Positions 1 to 10,496 of a stretch of 64,000 nt of DNA are shown one piece after another. Position 1 is the first letter of the stretch, and each line of letters starts with the position of its first letter. Source of the stretch: Candidatus Omnitrophica bacterium UBA6249 (GTDB lineage Bacteria; Omnitrophota; Gorgyraeia; Gygaellales; Profunditerraquicolaceae). Location: NCBI GenBank assembly GCA_002441305.1, contig DJVT01000009.1, positions 345,210 through 409,209 on the forward strand, given 5' to 3'. The notes under the pieces are model-generated. The model did no database searches and was not told the origin of the DNA. It was given only the letters and a program-made list of their open reading frames with translations. A program made the position numbers and the translations under genes.

Positions 1-460
1 TGCTGTGGGCTATAGCCAGCGCCAAGGCGTCGGTAACATCCATATAGCGCGGCAAAACCTTAAGCCCCAATACGGAAGCTACCATATTCTGCACCTGGGA
101 TTTTGAAGCCAGCCCCTTGCCCACTATCGCTTTTTTTATTCTCGTTGCGCTATATTCAAAGAAATTTATTTTTTTGCTTGCGGCGGCCAGGCAGATAACC
201 CCCCTCGCCTGCCCCAGGATATACGAAGTGGCGGGATGCCGGTAATGGGAATAAATCTTTTCCAGCACCATGCAGTCCGGCTTCGTATCTTCTATCAATT
301 TTGTTACGCCGAGGTATATCTTATACAGGCGCCGGGAGACGTCCTCTTTCACGGAAGTCTGGATTATCCCCGCTTCATGCAAGACAAGCGGCCCTTTTCC
401 CGCGCCAATCACCCCGTAACCGGTAATGGCGAGAGCCGGGTCAACCCCCAGTATAATCAT
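1..460 (-). CDS. ruvC: Crossover junction endodeoxyribonuclease RuvC (3' end runs off the window)
   Basis: My own translation from the ATG at 460 reads MIILGVDPALAITGYGVIG...GQARGVICLAAA...DVTDALALAIAH. This is RuvC-like, with the catalytic Asp in GVDP and a C-terminal DALA motif. It has a 4-nt ATGA overlap with the yebC stop. It is missing from the ORF track because it is open at the window edge. Confidence 0.85.
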   Translation of the reverse strand, partial: MIILGVDPALAITGYGVIGAGKGPLVLHEAGIIQTSVKEDVSRRLYKIYLGVTKLIEDTKPDCMVLEKIYSHYRHPATSYILGQARGVICLAAASKKINFFEYSATRIKKAIVGKGLASKSQVQNMVASVLGLKVLPRYMDVTDALALAIAHS

Positions 461-1212
461 TCTTCGGAAGCTGCCTCCTTCATAATCTCTTCCGGTATGT
501 CGAAATTGGCATAAACCTGCTGCACATCGTCATGGTCCTCAAGCGCCTCCACCAGGGCCAGCACCTGTTTTGCCTCGTTTCCTTCAACTTTGATCGTAGA
601 AGAAGGGATCATGGTCAACTCCGCATCTTCCCATTTTATGTTCTTTTCCTGCAAGGCCTGTTTTACCTTTTCGAAATCCTGCACGGAAGTGTATATTTCA
701 TATACATTATCCTCGTGCTTCATATCTTCGGCTCCCGCATCCAGGACAATATTCATAAGCTCGTCTTCCTTGATCAGGTCTTTGGCTACGGAAATATACC
801 CCTTCTGGGTAAACATCCAGCTGACCGAACCGGCTCCGGCCATGTTCCCGCCCCTTTTGGAGACAATATTGCGCAGCTCCGCGGTTGAGCGGTTTTTGTT
901 GTCCGTGAGCGAATCGATGAGTATGGCTACGCCCCCCGGCCCGTAAGCTTCATACATTACCGCCTCATAGACCACCCCGGGGAGCTCGCCCGTCCCCCTC
1001 TTTATCGCCATTTTCACGTTATCCGAAGGCATGTTTGCCTCTTTTGCCTTCTGCATTATAGCGCGCAGGCGCGGGTTGCTGTCCGGGTTTCCTCCCCCGT
1101 CCCTTGCTACCACGGTCAGTTCCTTGATAATCTTAGTAAAGGTAGCCCCCCTCTTTGCGTCGGCTATCCCCTTTTTCCCTTTATTTGTCTTCCATTTAGA
1201 ATGACCTGACAT
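457..1212 (-). CDS. yebC: YebC/PmpR family DNA-binding transcriptional regulator
   Basis: 251-aa ORF with the family-typical N-terminus MSGHSKW..NKG..DAKRG..FTK. It has the usual yebC-ruvC adjacency. Confidence 0.9.
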   Translation of the reverse strand: MSGHSKWKTNKGKKGIADAKRGATFTKIIKELTVVARDGGGNPDSNPRLRAIMQKAKEANMPSDNVKMAIKRGTGELPGVVYEAVMYEAYGPGGVAILIDSLTDNKNRSTAELRNIVSKRGGNMAGAGSVSWMFTQKGYISVAKDLIKEDELMNIVLDAGAEDMKHEDNVYEIYTSVQDFEKVKQALQEKNIKWEDAELTMIPSSTIKVEGNEAKQVLALVEALEDHDDVQQVYANFDIPEEIMKEAASEE

Positions 1213-1257
1213 AACCCCTCCTCTGACTTTAATGAATAATGTTCATTCTCTTTTTTA

Positions 1258-1611
1258 AAAAACAGGCAGGATAAGCCGGGTTCTGTATAGATGCCTGCAG
1301 GCTAAACGCATCATCAGTGGCTATTCCTCTCAACCGGAACGTTACCGTTCCGGCTTTAGCAGCATACCCGAGATTGTCTCCCGTAAAAACGGAAGGCGCG
1401 CCGGACAGGCGCTCATCTCCTATTCTACATTGCTCCGCGCAGAGATTGCCGCGTTTCACCTCGCCTTGCGCCTTACGGCGTAAAGCTACTCGTCTCTGTG
1501 GCTCTGATCCGCTTGCCTTGCGGGCAAGGACGGGTATTACCCGCTGCGCTGTCCTGGGGAGCCCGGACTTTCCTCCCTATCTAACGATAGGGCAGCCACA
1601 TCCTGCCTGTT
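1258..1611 (-). ncRNA. rnpB: RNase P RNA, bacterial type A
   Basis: The minus strand carries the conserved blocks GAGGAAAGUCCGGGCUCC (complement of 1558-1575) and ACAGAACCCGGCUUA (complement of 1272-1286). A perfect 12-bp P1 helix forms between 1600-1611 and 1261-1272. The length of about 350 nt fits type A. Confidence 0.9.
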
Positions 1612-2033
1612 CAATAAACTATTCCCCCCTTTAACTTCTTCTTTACTGCTTCCGTAGCCAGCTTATCGGCTAACGCATTCTTCTCCCTGGGGATATGTTC
1701 AATGGAAAAATTCTCAAAGCCGCTTATGAGGCGCATCGCACGCTCATACAGGCTTATCAAGCCTTCATGCCTTACTTTATAAATTTTATTTATCTGCCTG
1801 GCCAATAACTGGCTGTCGGTATTTACTTTTACGTTACCGGCCTTAAGCAAAAGGGCCTCCTCCAAAGCGTATATCAGCGCCGTGTATTCGGCTATATTGT
1901 TTGTCGTCTCACCTATATAGCTCGATACGCTCTTCAGCAATCCGCCGTCAAGGTAGATTGCGATACCTATCCCGCTATGCCCCGGGTTGCCCTTGGAGGC
2001 TCCATCTATATAAATTTCAAAACTACGGCTCAT
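1611..2033 (-). CDS. rnhA: Ribonuclease HI
   Basis: 140-aa ORF with the RNase H fold motifs IYIDGASKGNPG, TNNIAEYTALIYALE and NALADKLA. Confidence 0.85.
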   Translation of the reverse strand: MSRSFEIYIDGASKGNPGHSGIGIAIYLDGGLLKSVSSYIGETTNNIAEYTALIYALEEALLLKAGNVKVNTDSQLLARQINKIYKVRHEGLISLYERAMRLISGFENFSIEHIPREKNALADKLATEAVKKKLKGGIVY

Positions 2034-2749
2034 TCAGGAATGTAAAAAATACGGTTGCACACTTCGCAAGTAACGATATGCTCATACATCTTGATCGAAT
2101 TGATCACCTGCGGCGGCAGGGACATATGGCAGCCGCCGCAGGAGTTATTGATTACCCCCACTATAGCCAGGCCGTCGCGGCTGGAAAGGATTCTTTCGTA
2201 CTCAGAAAGTATCTTGGCGTCTACGCCCTGCACGGCTTGTTCTCTTTGAGCCTGCAGCTGTTTTAAAATATCGTCTATTTCCTTCTCGCGCGACTCGACC
2301 GCCTTTTTCTGCTCGAGGAACTTCTTTTCTTCTTCTTTAAGCCGGTTTTTTTCTTCCTCGACTTTCACCTTCAGCTTATCCGAATCCTCGAAAGAAACAA
2401 GGATCTTCTCCTCGATCAGGGATCCATCTGCCTTGGTATCGGCAATCTGCTGCAGCATAGCCTGGAATTCCTTGTTCGTCTTAAGCGAATACAACTGTCC
2501 CTGCAGTTTTTTCACCGCTTCCGCGTTAGCCGCCAGCTCGAGCTCTTTTTCCTTCCTCTGTTTCTGTAATTCCAGGGATTCTTTTTCGAGGTTAGCCAGG
2601 TTCTGCTTTTTTGCCTCGAAAGCCTCCTCTACAGCCTTAACCTCCAGAGGTTTACCCGCCTTTTCATTATTTAAAGCGTAAATCCTGCTGTCCAGCTCCT
2701 GTAATTTAACTAAAGCGGCGATCTGCCCTTTTAAATCCGGCACAGACAA
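2030..2749 (-). CDS. Coiled-coil protein with C-terminal C4 zinc ribbon (COG1579/DUF164 type)
   Basis: 239 aa. A long charged coiled coil is followed by CGGC...CEVC zinc-ribbon cysteines. It has a 4-nt overlap with rnhA. Confidence 0.7.
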   Translation of the reverse strand: MSVPDLKGQIAALVKLQELDSRIYALNNEKAGKPLEVKAVEEAFEAKKQNLANLEKESLELQKQRKEKELELAANAEAVKKLQGQLYSLKTNKEFQAMLQQIADTKADGSLIEEKILVSFEDSDKLKVKVEEEKNRLKEEEKKFLEQKKAVESREKEIDDILKQLQAQREQAVQGVDAKILSEYERILSSRDGLAIVGVINNSCGGCHMSLPPQVINSIKMYEHIVTCEVCNRIFYIPE

Positions 2750-2773
2750 TTTCCTCTCCCATAGTTAATAAAT

Positions 2774-2847
2774 TGGGCGATAGAGGACTCGAACCTCTGA
2801 CATCTACAATGTGAATGTAGCGCTCTAACCAACTGAGCCAATCGCCC
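2774..2847 (-). tRNA. tRNA-Val (anticodon CAC)
   Basis: A 74-nt cloverleaf folded by hand: acceptor GGGCGAT/ATCGCCC, anticodon stem CTACA/TGTAG with loop TTCACAT, and T-arm AGAGG-TTCGAGT-CCTCT. Confidence 0.9.
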
Positions 2848-2903
2848 GCTAAGAAATGACCCGGCTCAGCTGCAGCCTTACCGCGATCAATCGTTTTATT
2901 CAC

Positions 2904-2977
2904 TGGGCCCACAGGGACTCGAACCCCGGACCAATTGATTATGAGTCAACTGCTCTAACCGACTGAGCTATGGGCCC
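2904..2977 (-). tRNA. tRNA with CAT anticodon (elongator Met, or Ile2 if lysidine-modified)
   Basis: A 74-nt cloverleaf: acceptor GGGCCCA/TGGGCCC, anticodon loop CTCATAA, and T-arm CGGGG-TTCGAGT-CCCTG. It lacks the three G-C pairs in the anticodon stem expected of an initiator. Confidence 0.85.
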
Positions 2978-3032
2978 CAAATTAATATTATATGATACTA
3001 TTTTTAATGTGTTTTGGCAAGATAAAAAGGTT

Positions 3033-6000
3033 TTATTTTTCTTTTTTGACAACGGTAAGGAACTGGCTGACTATCCTCGGGTCAAATTGCGTTCCGGAGG
3101 CCTTTTTAATCATTTCAATGGCCTTGGACTTGCTGAATGCCTTATGGTAGGGACGGTCGCTGATCAACGCCTGGTATACATCGGCTATGGCTATTATCCT
3201 AGCCCCGATGGGGATATCCTCCCCTTTTATCCCGCTCGGATAACCCTTCCCGTCCCATCTTTCATGGTGGTAGAATATGAACGGTATCAGGGCATGCAGG
3301 AACTGGATCGGCCTGATAATGTCTGCGCCGATCTGGGGATGTTTTTTTATCTCATCGAATTCCTTCTTGTTGAGCTTCCCTTTTTTCAAAAGGATATTCT
3401 CGCTTACTCCTATCTTTCCCAGGTCGTGCAGCATGGCGGCCTGCTTTATCAACTCTATATCCTCGCGCGGCAGATCCAGGCACTTGGCGATCTCCGTAGC
3501 GTAATGGACTGTATTCTCTACATGCTCCCCGGTATAGTGGTCTTTCAATTCGATTGTCTTGGCAAAGGCGAAAATCGATTCGGCAAGCCCCTGCTTTGAC
3601 TGCATAGTCAGCTTATCGATCGCCTTTTTCAGCACCTTCACCCCGGCCTTCTTGAATATACCGCCTTTCCCTGATAGTTTTCTTGCATCCAGAGTAGAGT
3701 AAGCCCGGTTGCCCCCCTGTTCTTTGGCTTTCTCCAGCACGCTGCTGGCGAGATTGACAAGATCGGTGCCGCTTTTAGCCCTGTCCTCGGGAAAGGACAC
3801 CGCTGCCAGGCTCAACTTCAGTTTTACCCCATGGGCTTTATTGCCGAAATTGATAAAGCTCAATGATTCCAACAGCCTTTGTGCCATGCTGAAAGCCGAA
3901 TCCCTGTTTAGGCGGGGAGAAATGATCAGAAACTCCTCCCCGTCGTAACGAATAAGGGTATCGTATCGTCTGACCATGCGTTTAAGGTGGGCGGAAAGCT
4001 GCTTTAACACCACATCCCCGAAGGCAATGCCGTAGACATCGTTTATCGACTTGAAATAATCTATATCGAGCATAATCACCGCCAGGCTATGGGCAAACCT
4101 CCGCGTACGGTGGAATTCGACTTCCACCATATCCTGGAGGTACCTGCGGTTATACAATCCGGTTTGCGAATCCACCAGGGAAAGGCTCTTGAGCTTCTTG
4201 TAGGATTTAAGGAGCTCCCCGTGAAGTTTGGTTTTTTCCGCCTCCGCTTTCTTATGCAAAGCGACTTCCTCGAGCAGGTCGGATGTCCTTTCTTCAACTA
4301 TCTCCTCAAGGTGCTCCCTGTAACGCCTAAGCCCCTCTTCGATCTTCTTCCGCTCGCTTATATCGACGTGCACCTCCGCGACCAACCATTCTCCATGTTC
4401 ATTCTGGAAAGGAATGGTGGTAACGGCGGAAGGACGGTTCGCCTCCCTGACCAGGGTTTCCTGGCTGATTACCGTTTTTTTGGTCTTGAATGCCTTTTCC
4501 ACGGCGCAGTCGGGGCAGGGTGATTTACGGCCCATAAAATAATCGTAGCATTTCTTACCTTGCCACGGTCCGTACAGCCTCGCCCATTCCGGGTCGATAT
4601 ACCGTATGCAATAGTCCTTGTCTATAATATCCAGCCCCGTCTTGGTTGCCCCCAATATAAATTCAATCTGCTGGCGCAGCTGCTTAGCCTGGAATTCGGC
4701 GGCCTCTTTAGACCTTACTTCCGCCTCCAGTTCTTTGGTGCGGTGGTCAACCAGAAGCTCGAGTTTCTCGCGGTAAACCTGCAGCTCGAATTCATACTCC
4801 TTGTTTTTCGTAATGTCGCGGTTGCTCGCCCTGCGCCCGAGTAACCTGCCCTCCTTATCGTAAATAGGAACGCATGCATGGCTCACCCAGCGCGTCTGCC
4901 CGTTACGGTTGACTATACGGAAATTCATCTCCAGCTTGGAACTGTTCTTCACCGCTTCATCGATCTTCTTTTTCACGGACCCCAGATCTTCTTTATGCAC
5001 TATCTTGTCCAAAAGCCCGGGGTCGGAAAGGAATTCCTTCTGGGAATATCCGGTTATCCTTTCGCAGGAAGGGGACATATAAATGATCTTATCGTCCATT
5101 CCCTGCCAATACTCCCAATCGTAAGTGAAATCAGCTATCGTGCGAAATCTTTCTTCGCTTAGCCTTAAAGCCTCCTCCGCCTTTTTCTTTTCGGTGACAT
5201 CCCTGGCATACTCTATAACCCCGATAAGTTTATTGGTTTTTTCTTCGATCATAGGGAAGCTGTAAAGGTCCAGATAGCCTATAAGCTTGTTGTTCTCGTC
5301 ATGAAAAGAGGCTACCTTGAAAGCGGGTTTCAAAGTCTTGATCGTTTCGCGCACCGGGCACTCCTCGCAAGGTTTGCTCCTTCCGTGAAAAGCGGCATAG
5401 CATTTTTTGCCTATCATGGGCATATTATGCTTATGCCATCTCTCCTTCGTGGGGTTGACGCGCAAGACATTCATCTCCGGGTCCAAAACACTCAACCCGT
5501 CCTGGATGCTCATAAAGACGCTATTCAGGAACCCGCTTGCGGCGAGCAGCCCCTCTTCGGCCTTGGCGCGCTCCTTGATCTCCTTCCTCAGGTTTTCGTT
5601 CAGGCTGGTCAACTCGGCGGTCCTCACCTTAACCCTTATCTCCAGCTCGGAACGGATATCCCTCTGTTTTTCCTCTTCTTTCCTGCGTTGAGAAACATCC
5701 CTGGCTATGCCGGTAGTCCCGATTAAGTTACCCTGGTCGTCGAATATAGGGGTCTTCACTGTTTCTATCCAGACCTCCCCGTTTTCTTTATTCATCAGCC
5801 TTTCTTCTATGCACTTTTGCTTCCGGCTGTTCATTACCTCCCTGTCGTCTGAACGGTAGCTTTCAGCCAGGTCCTTGGGCCAAAGCTCCAGGTCTGTCTT
5901 GCCGACTATCTCGTCCACGCTGAAACCGCAGGCCCTGGCAAAAGCGTCGTTAACCACAATAAACCTGCCCTCGGTATCTTTCAGCCAGGCCATATCCGGG

Positions 6001-6128
6001 ATATTATTCAAAACGGCTTTTTGGCGCAATTCAGCATTGCGCAAAAGCCGGGCTACGGCCAAATCGTGTTCCCGTTTAAGCGAGTCCATTCCCTCGCTCT
6101 CTTTAGCCTGTGAATCCGCCTTACCCAT
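3033..6128 (-). CDS. Multi-PAS sensor with GGDEF-like domain (motif DGEEF) and C-terminal HD-GYP phosphodiesterase domain
   Basis: 1031 aa. It has repeated PAS-type segments separated by coiled coils. The GGDEF region reads RRYDTLIRYDGEEFLII. The HD-GYP region reads HDLGKIGV...HHERWDGKGYP. Confidence 0.8.
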   Translation of the reverse strand: MGKADSQAKESEGMDSLKREHDLAVARLLRNAELRQKAVLNNIPDMAWLKDTEGRFIVVNDAFARACGFSVDEIVGKTDLELWPKDLAESYRSDDREVMNSRKQKCIEERLMNKENGEVWIETVKTPIFDDQGNLIGTTGIARDVSQRRKEEEKQRDIRSELEIRVKVRTAELTSLNENLRKEIKERAKAEEGLLAASGFLNSVFMSIQDGLSVLDPEMNVLRVNPTKERWHKHNMPMIGKKCYAAFHGRSKPCEECPVRETIKTLKPAFKVASFHDENNKLIGYLDLYSFPMIEEKTNKLIGVIEYARDVTEKKKAEEALRLSEERFRTIADFTYDWEYWQGMDDKIIYMSPSCERITGYSQKEFLSDPGLLDKIVHKEDLGSVKKKIDEAVKNSSKLEMNFRIVNRNGQTRWVSHACVPIYDKEGRLLGRRASNRDITKNKEYEFELQVYREKLELLVDHRTKELEAEVRSKEAAEFQAKQLRQQIEFILGATKTGLDIIDKDYCIRYIDPEWARLYGPWQGKKCYDYFMGRKSPCPDCAVEKAFKTKKTVISQETLVREANRPSAVTTIPFQNEHGEWLVAEVHVDISERKKIEEGLRRYREHLEEIVEERTSDLLEEVALHKKAEAEKTKLHGELLKSYKKLKSLSLVDSQTGLYNRRYLQDMVEVEFHRTRRFAHSLAVIMLDIDYFKSINDVYGIAFGDVVLKQLSAHLKRMVRRYDTLIRYDGEEFLIISPRLNRDSAFSMAQRLLESLSFINFGNKAHGVKLKLSLAAVSFPEDRAKSGTDLVNLASSVLEKAKEQGGNRAYSTLDARKLSGKGGIFKKAGVKVLKKAIDKLTMQSKQGLAESIFAFAKTIELKDHYTGEHVENTVHYATEIAKCLDLPREDIELIKQAAMLHDLGKIGVSENILLKKGKLNKKEFDEIKKHPQIGADIIRPIQFLHALIPFIFYHHERWDGKGYPSGIKGEDIPIGARIIAIADVYQALISDRPYHKAFSKSKAIEMIKKASGTQFDPRIVSQFLTVVKKEK

Positions 6129-6278
6129 CCCGGTATACCCCTCTTTTACTTATGTTTACCCAAACAAAAAAGCAGGGATTATGAAAATCTCTGCTTTTTA
6201 GGTTCGAAACTCCAAACATATTATTTCTCCCGATTAAAAATGCTTGCACCGTATTTTGTAACCTCGTCCTCCGGTATA

Positions 6279-7832
6279 CTAATACTCTCTTTGATGCGCC
6301 AAAGTCATATCCATAAAAGTGCGCAGCCTGCGTGAACGCGACGGATGGCGTAGCTTCTTCAGGGCCTTTGCCTCGATCTGCCTCACCCTCTCCCGGGTAA
6401 CCCTGAATACGTTGCCCACCTCTTCAAGGGTACGCGGAGAGCCGTCCTGGATGCCAAAACGCAAGATAAGGATTTTTTTCTCCCTTTCGGTAAGCGTGCC
6501 CAGGGCTGAATTCATTTCATCCTTGAGCATCGAACGCACAGTCTCGTTAGCGGGAGAAACCGCTTTTTTATCCTGGATAAAATCCCCAAAATGGGTATCC
6601 CCTTCATCGCCTATAGGCATCTGCAGGGAAATCGGCTCCTGGGCTATCTTAAGTATTGCCTTGATCTTGCCCTGGGGAAAACGCATTTTATGCGCGATTT
6701 CCTCGGGAGTAGGCTCTCTCCCGTTTTTCTGGACAAACACTCTCGAAAAACGGATTATCTTGTTTATCGTCTCGGTCATATGCACGGGGATTCTTATCGT
6801 GCGCGCCTGGTCGGCAATCGAGCGCGTGATCGCCTGGCGTATCCACCAGGTAGCGTATGTAGAAAATTTATACCCTCTCTTGTATTCGAATTTTTCCACG
6901 GCGCGCATAAGCCCAATATTGCCTTCCTGGATCAAATCCAGGAAAGAAAGTCCGCGGTTTGTATATTTCTTCGCTATGCTCACCACCAGGCGAAGGTTAG
7001 CCTCGACGAGCTTCTTCTTCGTGCGGCTGAATTTGAGGTGCGCTGATTTTATCAGTTTCAGCTGCTCTTTGGTTTTAGCGTAAGGTTCTGCGATTTGTTT
7101 CAGGATGTGCGATTTGCGCTCATTCTTGAGCCTTCCGGAAGAACGTTTCAGATGATCCAGCTCCCTGACCATAAGACCGAGTTTCCGCACCGCCGATTCG
7201 ATTACGGAAGTGGTAAAATTAAGCTGAAGGATCAGGTTTATCGAATTATTCTCGCTGCGCGAACGCTTGGTTTTCGCCACAAGCCGTTTAAACCTTCCCA
7301 GGACATTATTCTTTTTTATCTTGATGTCTTCCTTGGTCACTTCTTCCATATTGACCTTCTCCGCGAGCACGTCTTCGGCCACGGAAAGGATTTCGTTTCT
7401 GGCGAATTTTGTGGCTAACACCAGGCGCTTGAACCTGTCTTCCGCCTCTTCGATTTTCTTTGCCAGCTCTATCTCGTTCTCCCTGGTAAGCAGGGAGATA
7501 GACCCCATCTGCTTAAGGTACATCTTTACCGGGTCATCCAGGGGCATGAAGCGTTCCTCGCTTTTAAGATGCTCGCTTAAAAGCTCCTCTCTGCCCTGCG
7601 CAAGAGAATGCTTATCCTGCTGTATGCGGCCAGACAAACCGGGCTCTCCATCCCCCTCCACCACCTGAATATCCTCGTTACCGAGCAATTCGAAAAGGTG
7701 GTCTATGGCTACCGTGCTGGAGAAATCCTCGGGAAGCAGGTCGTTGACCTCATCGTAGGTAAGAAACCCTTTACGCTTGCCAAGGGCAATAAGTTTCTCC
7801 ATATCCTTGGTAGGCTGTTCTCTCTTTTTCAT
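6279..7832 (-). CDS. rpoD: RNA polymerase sigma-70 factor RpoD
   Basis: 517 aa. Region 2 reads [37 protein letters not shown] and region 4 reads [28 protein letters not shown]. It lies downstream of dnaG. Confidence 0.95.
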   Translation of the reverse strand: MKKREQPTKDMEKLIALGKRKGFLTYDEVNDLLPEDFSSTVAIDHLFELLGNEDIQVVEGDGEPGLSGRIQQDKHSLAQGREELLSEHLKSEERFMPLDDPVKMYLKQMGSISLLTRENEIELAKKIEEAEDRFKRLVLATKFARNEILSVAEDVLAEKVNMEEVTKEDIKIKKNNVLGRFKRLVAKTKRSRSENNSINLILQLNFTTSVIESAVRKLGLMVRELDHLKRSSGRLKNERKSHILKQIAEPYAKTKEQLKLIKSAHLKFSRTKKKLVEANLRLVVSIAKKYTNRGLSFLDLIQEGNIGLMRAVEKFEYKRGYKFSTYATWWIRQAITRSIADQARTIRIPVHMTETINKIIRFSRVFVQKNGREPTPEEIAHKMRFPQGKIKAILKIAQEPISLQMPIGDEGDTHFGDFIQDKKAVSPANETVRSMLKDEMNSALGTLTEREKKILILRFGIQDGSPRTLEEVGNVFRVTRERVRQIEAKALKKLRHPSRSRRLRTFMDMTLAHQREY

Positions 7833-7834
7833 CG

Positions 7835-9610
7835 TTAATCGCCTTTCTTTAACAAATTATGGAACTCCCTAAAAAGCACCCCGAGCCTTTCCTTGTCCCC
7901 GACAGACTGGGCGTCCTTGATCTGCAGGTGCAGCTGCTCCCTTTTTGACCTCAACCTTTGAACCTTGATACGCGTAATACAATCCCTGACCGCCTTTTCC
8001 CTCTCCTGCCCAAGCAGGTCGGGCATGAACATAGACTCGCAGACAATCTGCCCGGCGGTATCTTCGCCGAAATAATTCATCAGGACGCTGGGCTCGACAT
8101 TCTTTCCCTGGGAGCACAAATCGTGCATCAGGGAAAATACTTTGGCCGTACGCTCATCCGCAAAGTCGCTCGGGGAAAGCTCCTGCATAATTCTTTCGGC
8201 TAATTCCTTTTCCTCAAGCATAAATTTGATTAAAAGCTTCTCTGCGGGGTGTATCTTCACAACGCTCCTGGCCGGAGGCTGCGCCGAATCGGCATCATGC
8301 CGGCGCGACGGAGGCCCTGCTTTTAATTTTTTAAGCTCTTCAAGCACTGATCCTTCGGAGACCCCCAGTTCTTCGGAAAGACGTTTAATATATTCCGCCC
8401 TGAGTATGGCATTCCCTATCTTGCCGATCGTAAAAAGCATTTCTTCGGCAATCCTGCTTTTACCGTGGGCGTCTTTTATGTCATGCCTGTTCTTTAAAAC
8501 CTTCAATTTAAAATCAAACAGGCTTACCGCATTGTTTATTTTATCCCTCAGGCAGTCCGGGCCGTCCCTGCGTACCAGTACGTCGGGATCCGCGTCTTTT
8601 GGAAGCGGGACCACCTTAACTGCCATCCCTTCTTCGACAAACATATCCAGCCCTCTTAACGTGGCCATCTCCCCCGCGGAATCGCCGTCGTAAATCATCA
8701 CTACGTTATGCGTATATCGTTTTAAAAGCCTGATCTGGTCTGCGGTAAGCGCCGTACCCTGGGAGGCCACAAGGTTGTTTACCCCCTCCTGAAAAGGCAG
8801 GATGAAATCCATATACCCTTCCACGATAAGAGCCAGGTCGTTTTTGCGTATGTGGTCCTTGGAAAGGCTCAAACCGAACAGGTTCTTGCCCTTGGTATAA
8901 ACCGCTGTTTCGGGAGAATTCATATATTTGGGAAGAGAGCTATCCATAACCCTCCCCCCGAAACCGATCAGTCTCGAACGAATGTCAAAAATAGGGAAAA
9001 TAACCCTGTTGCGGAAACGGTCATAATACCCGCCTGAATCCTTGGGCAATATAAGCCCGGCTTTTTCCATCAGGGATAAAGCTACATTCTTGGACCTTAA
9101 ATACGTAATCAGGCCGTCCCACCTGGAAGTAGCGAACCCCAGCCTGAATTCCCTGGCAGTCTTGGGCTTTATGCCCCTGCTTCCCAGGTAAGCGCGGCAG
9201 GCCGCGCCGGATTCGCCATACAGGTTGCCTTCGTAAAACTCCAGGGCCAGCTCATTGACCTTGTACAACCGCTCGTTCAGGCTGGCCTGCCTCGAAGGAA
9301 CGGCGCTTTCCTGCGCGGGAAGTATCACCCCGGCTTTTTTTGCCAGGGCCTCGACCGCCTCCGGAAAATCCATTCTTTCGTGGCGCATCAGGAATTTAAA
9401 TGCGTTCCCGGATTCACCGCAACCGAAACAATGGTATATCTGCCGGTCGGGAGAAACCGTAAAAGAAGGGGTCTTTTCGTGATGGAAAGGGCAATTAGCC
9501 TTGAAATTGCGCCCCGCTTTTTTCAGCGGGATATAGCTGGAGATGAGTTCGACTATATCTATCCTGCTGAGTATGTCTTCCAGTATGTTTTCCGGTATCC
9601 GCATCGCCAT
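7835..9610 (-). CDS. dnaG: DNA primase DnaG
   Basis: It has the zinc finger [29 protein letters not shown] and the TOPRIM segment LIVEGYMD...YDGDSAG. I prefer the ATG at 9610 (MAMRIPENI), just after the upstream stop, over the ORF-track start at 9652. Confidence 0.9.
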   Translation of the reverse strand: MAMRIPENILEDILSRIDIVELISSYIPLKKAGRNFKANCPFHHEKTPSFTVSPDRQIYHCFGCGESGNAFKFLMRHERMDFPEAVEALAKKAGVILPAQESAVPSRQASLNERLYKVNELALEFYEGNLYGESGAACRAYLGSRGIKPKTAREFRLGFATSRWDGLITYLRSKNVALSLMEKAGLILPKDSGGYYDRFRNRVIFPIFDIRSRLIGFGGRVMDSSLPKYMNSPETAVYTKGKNLFGLSLSKDHIRKNDLALIVEGYMDFILPFQEGVNNLVASQGTALTADQIRLLKRYTHNVVMIYDGDSAGEMATLRGLDMFVEEGMAVKVVPLPKDADPDVLVRRDGPDCLRDKINNAVSLFDFKLKVLKNRHDIKDAHGKSRIAEEMLFTIGKIGNAILRAEYIKRLSEELGVSEGSVLEELKKLKAGPPSRRHDADSAQPPARSVVKIHPAEKLLIKFMLEEKELAERIMQELSPSDFADERTAKVFSLMHDLCSQGKNVEPSVLMNYFGEDTAGQIVCESMFMPDLLGQEREKAVRDCITRIKVQRLRSKREQLHLQIKDAQSVGDKERLGVLFREFHNLLKKGD

Positions 9611-9611
9611 T

Positions 9612-10496
9612 TTAACGCCTCTTGATCCTTGTAAAACCCGAACACTCAACAACTTTTAATTCCTGCTTAAAATGCCTTTCGATTCCGTCGAGAAGAAGAT
9701 TCAGCCCGAGGACGTCGCTGGAGATATGCCCGGCGATTATCACGCTGAGATTCGCCTCCCTGGCTTTCTTGAGATGCTCCTCGCTCGAATGCATGGAGAT
9801 CAAAGTCCTTACCCCGGCCCGGTAAAGTTTGTCCATCGCTTCTTTAGGCCCCTCTGTCCCGCCGGTCATCTCCAGCATAATCTTCCCTGTCTTGCGAGCC
9901 GGGTTACCCAGGACCACTCGCGGGCCGACCCCAAACCTTTCCGCTATCCTGTATTCCGGAATAGCCTTTAACGCATTGACCGCCTCCCCCAGCGTGCGGG
10001 AGGAGATACAGTTCTTTTTGAAAAAATCCTCGAGGAAAGCATGCACCTGGTTATCCGCGGGAGTATGCAGATTCATGAACGGCAGCCCCAGGATCTTCGC
10101 GGCATCAACCGCCCTGTTATGGTTCTGGGAGAGTATCCTGCGTTCGACCTCGCGCCTTCTCTCCTCAATAAGCCTCGAGGCTGTTCCAGCAGGCAATCCC
10201 GCCTGCTTCAGCAGGTCGACCTGCAAAGAAATCACCTCATGCAAATGCGCATAAGAGCGGCCTTCGGGGTGATGCGCGATTACCAGGTCGAGCTTATCCT
10301 TCTGGCGAATACGGTCAGCCAAAAGTATCTCACCGACCTCCACGTCGATCCCCACCATTACGCTGGACACCTGCGTATCCGGATCGCCGCACAAGATCGA
10401 AGAATCAGCAAAAGACTTGATTCCTCCTTTGCGTTTCCGCGGGTCAGCGCACCTGCCCAAACGGACCGCCTGGCTGTAAAAATCAATCAACTTCAT
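9612..10496 (-). CDS. NIF3 (DUF34) family metal-binding protein, tentative
   Basis: 294 aa with VIAHHPEG and a C-terminal IIAGHISSD, which resemble NIF3 metal ligands. NIF3 homologs sit beside dnaG-sigA operons in other bacteria. Confidence 0.55.
   Translation of the reverse strand: MKLIDFYSQAVRLGRCADPRKRKGGIKSFADSSILCGDPDTQVSSVMVGIDVEVGEILLADRIRQKDKLDLVIAHHPEGRSYAHLHEVISLQVDLLKQAGLPAGTASRLIEERRREVERRILSQNHNRAVDAAKILGLPFMNLHTPADNQVHAFLEDFFKKNCISSRTLGEAVNALKAIPEYRIAERFGVGPRVVLGNPARKTGKIMLEMTGGTEGPKEAMDKLYRAGVRTLISMHSSEEHLKKAREANLSVIIAGHISSDVLGLNLLLDGIERHFKQELKVVECSGFTRIKRR

Noticed and set aside
1229-1634. ORFs 1229-1459 (minus strand) and 1317-1634 (plus strand).
   Set aside because: They overlap the RNase P RNA, whose conserved blocks and P1 helix explain this region better than coding does.
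2706-2912. A 68-aa minus-strand ORF spanning the tRNA region.
   Set aside because: It is composed largely of the tRNA-Val sequence plus part of the tRNA-CAT sequence.
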